Origin: Planctomycetota bacterium
GTDB taxonomy: Bacteria > Planctomycetota > UBA1135 > UBA2386
Direction: 5' to 3'
DNA length: 64,000 nt
Assembly: GCA_965228735.1 (NCBI GenBank)
Contig: OZ245838.1
Coordinates: forward strand, 1,472,001 to 1,536,000
The position numbers and the translations under genes are program-made. Position 1 is the first letter of the stretch. Each line of letters starts with the position of its first letter. The notes beneath the pieces are model-generated. The model was not told where the DNA came from. It saw nothing but the letters and a program-made list of their open reading frames with translations, and searched no databases. Positions 59,056 to 64,000 of the stretch are shown here, one piece after another.

Positions 59056-59819
59056 CGCAGCAGTTGTACCGGCGCACCCCGCCCGACGCCCAGCTTTGTC
59101 GCGGCGTCGCCACGGTTCACGGCGATCTCGAGCAGGCCGAACGAGCCGATCAAGGCGAGCGGCTCGCCCGGCGCGACGTCGCCGTAGGTCGCGCCCAAGC
59201 GAACCTCCACCCCACCCAACGCGACCGCCCGCACGTCATTGCCGACCTCGCCGGCCCGGACGTTCGTGACGAGGTTGCCGAACCGATCGACGTGCAGCAC
59301 ACACGGCCCGCCGGGCGAGACCGCGAGCGCCGCCGGTTCACCGGACAGTTCCCGGCCGAGCGCCCGAAACCCGTAGCGTCCCATCGCGAGCCACGCGGCG
59401 ACGGGAGCGAACACGTCGCGCCCGTGGAACGTCCGGGACTCCGGCGCGAGCCGCAGATGCGCCAGATCGAGCTCTCGGACCTCGGCCCGGTCGGCGCCCG
59501 CGAGCACGCGCTCGAACAGCCCGTTGTCGGGACCGATCCAGTAGCAACCGTGGGCCGACACGACGATCGGCAGCCGCGCGGTCCCGACGCCCGGATCGAC
59601 CACACCGACGTGCACCGTCCCGTCCGGGAAGCGCCCCACCGCGCTCTCGAGGAAGAACGCGCCGACCTGCACGTCCTGCGGCGGCACGTCGTGGCACAGG
59701 TCCACGAGCGTCGCCTTCGGGAACTGCCGCAGCACCGCGCCGTGCATGATCCCGACGTAGGGGTCCCGGACTCCGAAGTCCGTCAGGAACGTGACGATGC
59801 CAGACGGGCGCGGGTGCAT
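59052..59819 (-). CDS. SAM hydroxide adenosyltransferase (DUF62 family)
   Basis: LTDFG, VVDPGVGTAR, GPDNG, TFHGRDVF, DRFGN, LEIAVN. Confidence 0.92.
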   Translation of the reverse strand: MHPRPSGIVTFLTDFGVRDPYVGIMHGAVLRQFPKATLVDLCHDVPPQDVQVGAFFLESAVGRFPDGTVHVGVVDPGVGTARLPIVVSAHGCYWIGPDNGLFERVLAGADRAEVRELDLAHLRLAPESRTFHGRDVFAPVAAWLAMGRYGFRALGRELSGEPAALAVSPGGPCVLHVDRFGNLVTNVRAGEVGNDVRAVALGGVEVRLGATYGDVAPGEPLALIGSFGLLEIAVNRGDAATKLGVGRGAPVQLLR

Positions 59820-59835
59820 GGTACTGGCGCCGCGA

Positions 59836-61167
59836 TCAGACGGGCTCGCCGAGGATCGCGATGATCTCGCGCTTCTTCTCTTCCATGAGCTCCTGCGTGT
59901 CCGCCTCCAGGCACATGCGCAGGTACGGCTCGGTGTTGCTCGGCCGCACGTTCACCCACCAGTCGGGATAGGTCACGGTGATGCCGTCGAGGAAGTCGAT
60001 CTCGGCGTCGCTGAACTTCGCCTCGACGGCCTTCATGAGCCCGGCCTTGTCCTCGACCCGGAAGTTGATCTCCCCGGTCGGGTGATACTTCCGCAGCGCG
60101 TCGGCCGCGGCCTTGAGCGTCGTGCCCTCGGCACTCAGCTGGTTGAGCACGAGCAGCGCGGCGAGCACGCCGCAGTCGGTGTAGAAGTTCTCCGCGAAGT
60201 AGAAGTGACCGGACAGTTCGCCGCCACCGATGCAGTCTTCGCGGCGCATCGTCTCCTTCATGAACGAGTGCCCGACGCGGTCCTTCACGGGCCGGCCGCC
60301 GAGCTTCTCGATCTCCTCCGGCAGCACCTTGCTCGACCGCAGATCGTAGATGATGCCCTTGCCCGGGTGCCGCTTGAGCATGCCGCGCGCGAGGATCACG
60401 GTGATCAGGTCCGCGTGCACGGTCCGCCCGGCCTCGTCGACGAACGCACACCGATCCGCATCGCCGTCGAACGCGAGCCCCAGCACGCAGTTCTCTCTCG
60501 CCACGAGCGCGCGCAAGTCGTCGAGGTTGGATTCCTTGAGCGGGTTGGCCTCGTGGTTGGGGAACGTGCCGTCGAGCTCCTGATAGAGCGACACGACCTC
60601 GAGCCCCGGGATCTTGTCGAAGATCGCCGGCGACTCGTTGGCCCCCATGCCGTTGGCGTAGTCCACGGCGATCTTCATCGGCTTGATGCCGTCCGCGAAC
60701 GCCGTGATGTGCTCGATCCAATCCTGCATCAGATCGACGCTGTCGCGCGTGCCGGCACGCGCCGCCGGCGTGAAGTCGTCCTGCTGGACGAGCTGCTCGA
60801 TGTCCTTGATGCCCGAATCGCCGGACAGCGGGCGGGCCTCGGCCCGACACATCTTGAAGCCGATGTATTCCTTGGGGTTGTGCGAGGCGGTCACCACGAC
60901 GCCGCCGTCACACTCGATCTTGCCGATGCCGTAGTAGACCATCGGCGTCGACGCGAGGCCGATGTCGACGACGTCGCACCCCTGACTCAGCATCCCGTCG
61001 ATCAGCGCATCCTGGATCTCGACCGCCATCGTGCGCATGTCACGCCCGACGACGAGCCGCTTGGCCGAGAGGAACTGCACCATGCCGGCGCCGATCTTCC
61101 GGGCCGTGGTCGCGTCGATCTGGTCGGGGTAGGTGCCTCGAATGTCGTAGGCCTTGAAGATGCTCAC
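59836..61167 (-). CDS. Phosphomannomutase/phosphoglucomutase
   Basis: IFKAYDIRG, TASHNP, DGDADR, GELSGH, RPSNTEP. Confidence 0.95.
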   Translation of the reverse strand: MSIFKAYDIRGTYPDQIDATTARKIGAGMVQFLSAKRLVVGRDMRTMAVEIQDALIDGMLSQGCDVVDIGLASTPMVYYGIGKIECDGGVVVTASHNPKEYIGFKMCRAEARPLSGDSGIKDIEQLVQQDDFTPAARAGTRDSVDLMQDWIEHITAFADGIKPMKIAVDYANGMGANESPAIFDKIPGLEVVSLYQELDGTFPNHEANPLKESNLDDLRALVARENCVLGLAFDGDADRCAFVDEAGRTVHADLITVILARGMLKRHPGKGIIYDLRSSKVLPEEIEKLGGRPVKDRVGHSFMKETMRREDCIGGGELSGHFYFAENFYTDCGVLAALLVLNQLSAEGTTLKAAADALRKYHPTGEINFRVEDKAGLMKAVEAKFSDAEIDFLDGITVTYPDWWVNVRPSNTEPYLRMCLEADTQELMEEKKREIIAILGEPV

Positions 61168-61320
61168 GTCGATGTCCTGCGGGGTCGAGAGTCGGTGCGA
61201 ATCGCCGCCGGAGAGGTCGGCGGGCCCGTCAGGGTAGCTGCGCGCCGAACGGCGCCAACGGTCCTTGGCGCAAAGTTGGGCCGCCGCGGAACGCACCGAC
61301 GCGGAAGAATGGGCCGAGGC

Positions 61321-62340
61321 TCACCCGGCGAACGTGGCGGCCGCCTCCAGGCAACGCTCGACGTCGGCGTCCCCGACGTCACGGTGGGTCACGAACCGCA
61401 CGCGCGCGGGGCCGGTCGCAGCGGCCTTGACGCCGTGCTCGGCCAGGTGCGCGACGAGCGCCGCGGCCCCTTCGCCGGTGAGATCGATCATGACGATGTT
61501 CGTTTCGGTCGCAGCCAGATCCACGGCCGCCCACGGTAGCGCCGCGAAGCCCTCGGCGAGGCGCCGGGCGCGCGCATGATCGGCCGCGAGCTGATCGGGG
61601 CCGGTATCGAGCGCGATCCGGGCCGCCGCAGCGATCACGCCGGCCTGCCGCATCGCGCCACCGAACGCCTTGGCCGCGCGCCGCGCCTCGCTGATGAACT
61701 CGGCGGAGCCGGCGAGGAGCGAACCCACCGGCGCGCCGAGCCCTTTGCTGAGACAGAGCGACGTCGAGTCGGCCGGCACTGTTAGCTCCGCCGGCTCGCA
61801 ACCGAGCGCGATGGCCGCGTTCATGAGCCGCGCGCCGTCGATGTGCACGGCCATGCCGGCGCTGCGTGCGGCGGTCGCGAGTTCGCCGACACCTTGCGGG
61901 GACAGCACGCGCCCGCCGGCCATGTTGTGCGTGTTCTCGATCACGAGCAGCCGCGACCGCGGGTAATGCGGATCGTCGCTGCGCACGGCCGCCGTCACCT
62001 GCTCTGGCGTCGGGAAGCCACTCGCGGCCGTGAGCGTGCGCACCTGGGTCGACGACAGCCGCGCGACCGCGCCGCCCTCGTAGACGAACACGTGACTGCG
62101 CTCCTCGCAGATCAGCTCGTCCCCCGCCCGACAGTGGACGTGGATCGCGACCTGGTTGCACATCGTGCCCGACGGCAGGTAGAGCGCGGCCGGTTTGCCG
62201 AGCGCCAGAGCACCGGCTTCTTCGAGCGCCGTGACCGTCGGGTCCTCGCCCCAGACGTTGTCACCGACCTCGGCCTCGGCCATCGCCGACCGCATCGCGG
62301 CGGTCGGCGCGGTCATCGTGTCGCTGCGGAAGTCGCTCAT
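61321..62340 (-). CDS. ltaE: Low-specificity L-threonine aldolase
   Basis: DFRSDT, EDPTV, SGTMCNQ, ENTHN, HIDGAR, CLSKGLGAPVGS. Confidence 0.95.
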   Translation of the reverse strand: MSDFRSDTMTAPTAAMRSAMAEAEVGDNVWGEDPTVTALEEAGALALGKPAALYLPSGTMCNQVAIHVHCRAGDELICEERSHVFVYEGGAVARLSSTQVRTLTAASGFPTPEQVTAAVRSDDPHYPRSRLLVIENTHNMAGGRVLSPQGVGELATAARSAGMAVHIDGARLMNAAIALGCEPAELTVPADSTSLCLSKGLGAPVGSLLAGSAEFISEARRAAKAFGGAMRQAGVIAAAARIALDTGPDQLAADHARARRLAEGFAALPWAAVDLAATETNIVMIDLTGEGAAALVAHLAEHGVKAAATGPARVRFVTHRDVGDADVERCLEAAATFAG

Positions 62341-62446
62341 CCGCAGCGAGGATGCCCCGATCGGATGGCGATGCAAGCCACGGGCGCCCGCGCGGACGCC
62401 CATGGTTGCCTTTCCGGCGGCCGCGGACCTGGATCCTCCGGGGCGA

Positions 62447-64000
62447 CTACAGGCGCGCCTGGACCAGCTCGCCGCGCGGCAGGTGGTAGGCCGGCATCCA
62501 CGACTGGCCGAGCAGGGGTACCGTGACGCCCTGCACGTAGAGCTCGACGTCCGCGAGCGCCGGGTTGTTCGGCAGCGGCACCGTCACCGTCGACTGGAAC
62601 ACGACCATGCCCGGCAGCGTGATCGCCGTGAGCGGATCCGCGTAGAAGCGCACCGGCTCGATCGTCGTCGTCGGCCGCGCGTAGCTGTAGCCGAAGAGCC
62701 AGAACAGACCGACGCCGAACGGGACGTCCGCCGTCAGGTCGATCGACGTGCCGATCTGCGGATCGAGCGGGCCGATCGAGGTCTGCCCCATGATGAGACC
62801 CGGCGCGGGATTGTTGTCCGCGACGTTGCCGACGAGGCTGCCGCCGTTGCGGTAGCACCCCTCGAGGGTGACGTTCGCGAACTGCGACTGGCCGTCGACC
62901 GTCGTGTTCATGAGCTCGCTCTGCCGCACGGCGACGGGCGACGTGGCGCTGGCCGGCACGACGATCGTGCAGTTCTCGTAGCGGTTCCAGAGCAGGTTGG
63001 GCAGAGCGCCCTCGACGTCGTAGCGGACGGTGCCGTTCTTGTAGACGTTGTTCTGCTGCCACACACGCTGCGTGAACGGGTTGCCCGCGACGTCGACGTC
63101 ACCGTCGAACACCATCTCGCTGCCGTGGATGTCGAACAGCGCCGTGCGCGGCCGCACCCAGAACGCCTTCTGGCCCGCCCCGGCGATCCAGTCCGCGGTG
63201 TGGTGGTGCACCATCGTCAGACCATTGGGGTTGCCCTCGATGTCGACGACGTGGCCCGTGCAGTCGGCCCGCATGTGCGTGAAGCGGAACATGAAGGTCT
63301 GCGTGCTCGATGCGCCGCGGCGCTTCTTGGCCAGCGTCGTGCCGTTGACGAACGTGCTGCGGAACAGCATCCACATCGACAGGTTGCCGCTGCCGTTCTC
63401 GGTGAGGTCGCAGCCGACGTCGACCCCGTCGAACGTCACGTGTTCGCACTCACCCATGATGCGGCCACCCGCCGTCTGGTCGTCGACGAGGAAGCCGATC
63501 GGCATGTTGGTGAGCCTCGTGCGCATCGTCATGAGCATCGTCTCTTCGGTGCCCGTGGCGTGCTGGCGCACACCCGCGGTCGTCTGCCCGTCGAGCTCGC
63601 AGTTCATGATCTGCGCCATCATCATCATCGCGCCGCCGAGCGACGGCATCGCCGCATCGACCGCGACCTGGCCGCCGACGATGCGGAAGCCCATGATCGA
63701 GACCTCGTGATCGCGGATCGCGAACGCGTGCGTCTCGCTGCCCGCCTGGATGACGGTCCGCTGCATGACGCCCATCATCATGCCGCGCACCATGACGCGG
63801 CCGAGCCCCTGACCGCTGATGGCGGTGAGCGGCGCGGTGAGCGTGATCGTCGGAACGGCGGTCGGGTTGACCGCGATCTCGGTGACGCCGGTGCCGGTGC
63901 CGCCGATCCGGGCCTGCTCGCTGGCCGAGAGTGACGCGACGCTCAGCGTGCCGTTGCTGAGCTGGATCGCCTCGTCGAGCGAGAGCAGCGCGTCACCGAC
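62447..64000 (-). CDS. Met/His-rich probable beta-helix exported protein with the shared C-terminal domain; partial (runs off the window end)
   Basis: Frame stays open to 64000 (VGDALLSLDEAIQLSNG..., CSLREA-like); strand-rich repeats; C-terminal PLPNNPALADVELYVQ. Confidence 0.8.
   Translation of the reverse strand, partial: VGDALLSLDEAIQLSNGTLSVASLSASEQARIGGTGTGVTEIAVNPTAVPTITLTAPLTAISGQGLGRVMVRGMMMGVMQRTVIQAGSETHAFAIRDHEVSIMGFRIVGGQVAVDAAMPSLGGAMMMMAQIMNCELDGQTTAGVRQHATGTEETMLMTMRTRLTNMPIGFLVDDQTAGGRIMGECEHVTFDGVDVGCDLTENGSGNLSMWMLFRSTFVNGTTLAKKRRGASSTQTFMFRFTHMRADCTGHVVDIEGNPNGLTMVHHHTADWIAGAGQKAFWVRPRTALFDIHGSEMVFDGDVDVAGNPFTQRVWQQNNVYKNGTVRYDVEGALPNLLWNRYENCTIVVPASATSPVAVRQSELMNTTVDGQSQFANVTLEGCYRNGGSLVGNVADNNPAPGLIMGQTSIGPLDPQIGTSIDLTADVPFGVGLFWLFGYSYARPTTTIEPVRFYADPLTAITLPGMVVFQSTVTVPLPNNPALADVELYVQGVTVPLLGQSWMPAYHLPRGELVQARL

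Noticed and set aside
59052..59819. Fluorinase/chlorinase (halometabolite pathway)
   Set aside because: Has the DUF62 hydrolase-type D/R/H residues (VVDPG, TAR, TFHGRD) and sits among housekeeping genes
1..64000. tRNA, rRNA, IS elements, prophage or known defence systems
   Set aside because: None recognised by eye; intergenic gaps are short. A covariance-model search would be needed to exclude small RNAs.

Overview
High-GC (roughly 70%) bacterial chromosomal segment, most likely from a member of the Planctomycetota. The evidence is a DUF1549/DUF1553 + DUF1501 pair, an ECF sigma factor beside a Ser/Thr kinase-TPR gene, and PQQ/Kelch/BNR propeller proteins. I find about 52 CDS and no rRNA, tRNA, CRISPR array or transposase. 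Housekeeping content includes acs, pepA, tkt, fhs, arginase, a phosphohexomutase, ltaE, a moaD-moaE fusion, an lpxL-like gene and a complete Rrf2-iscS-iscU-iscA-hscB-hscA-fdx operon divergent from ygfZ. The most interesting observations are: (1) a ~120-aa C-terminal module shared by at least five otherwise unrelated exported proteins, a candidate lineage-specific sorting or anchoring domain; (2) a translationally coupled pseudopilin + membrane HAMP-like protein + sensor kinase operon; (3) a hybrid kinase + porin + small periplasmic protein module; (4) an orphan two-domain KaiC-like ATPase with degenerate motifs, divergent from a degenerate histidine phosphatase; (5) many genes with a -10 hexamer 6-9 nt before the start codon, suggesting leaderless mRNAs; (6) tandem duplications spanning stop codons or promoters; (7) two apparent deletion or assembly junctions. 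All functional calls are from motif recognition by eye; no database searches were run.
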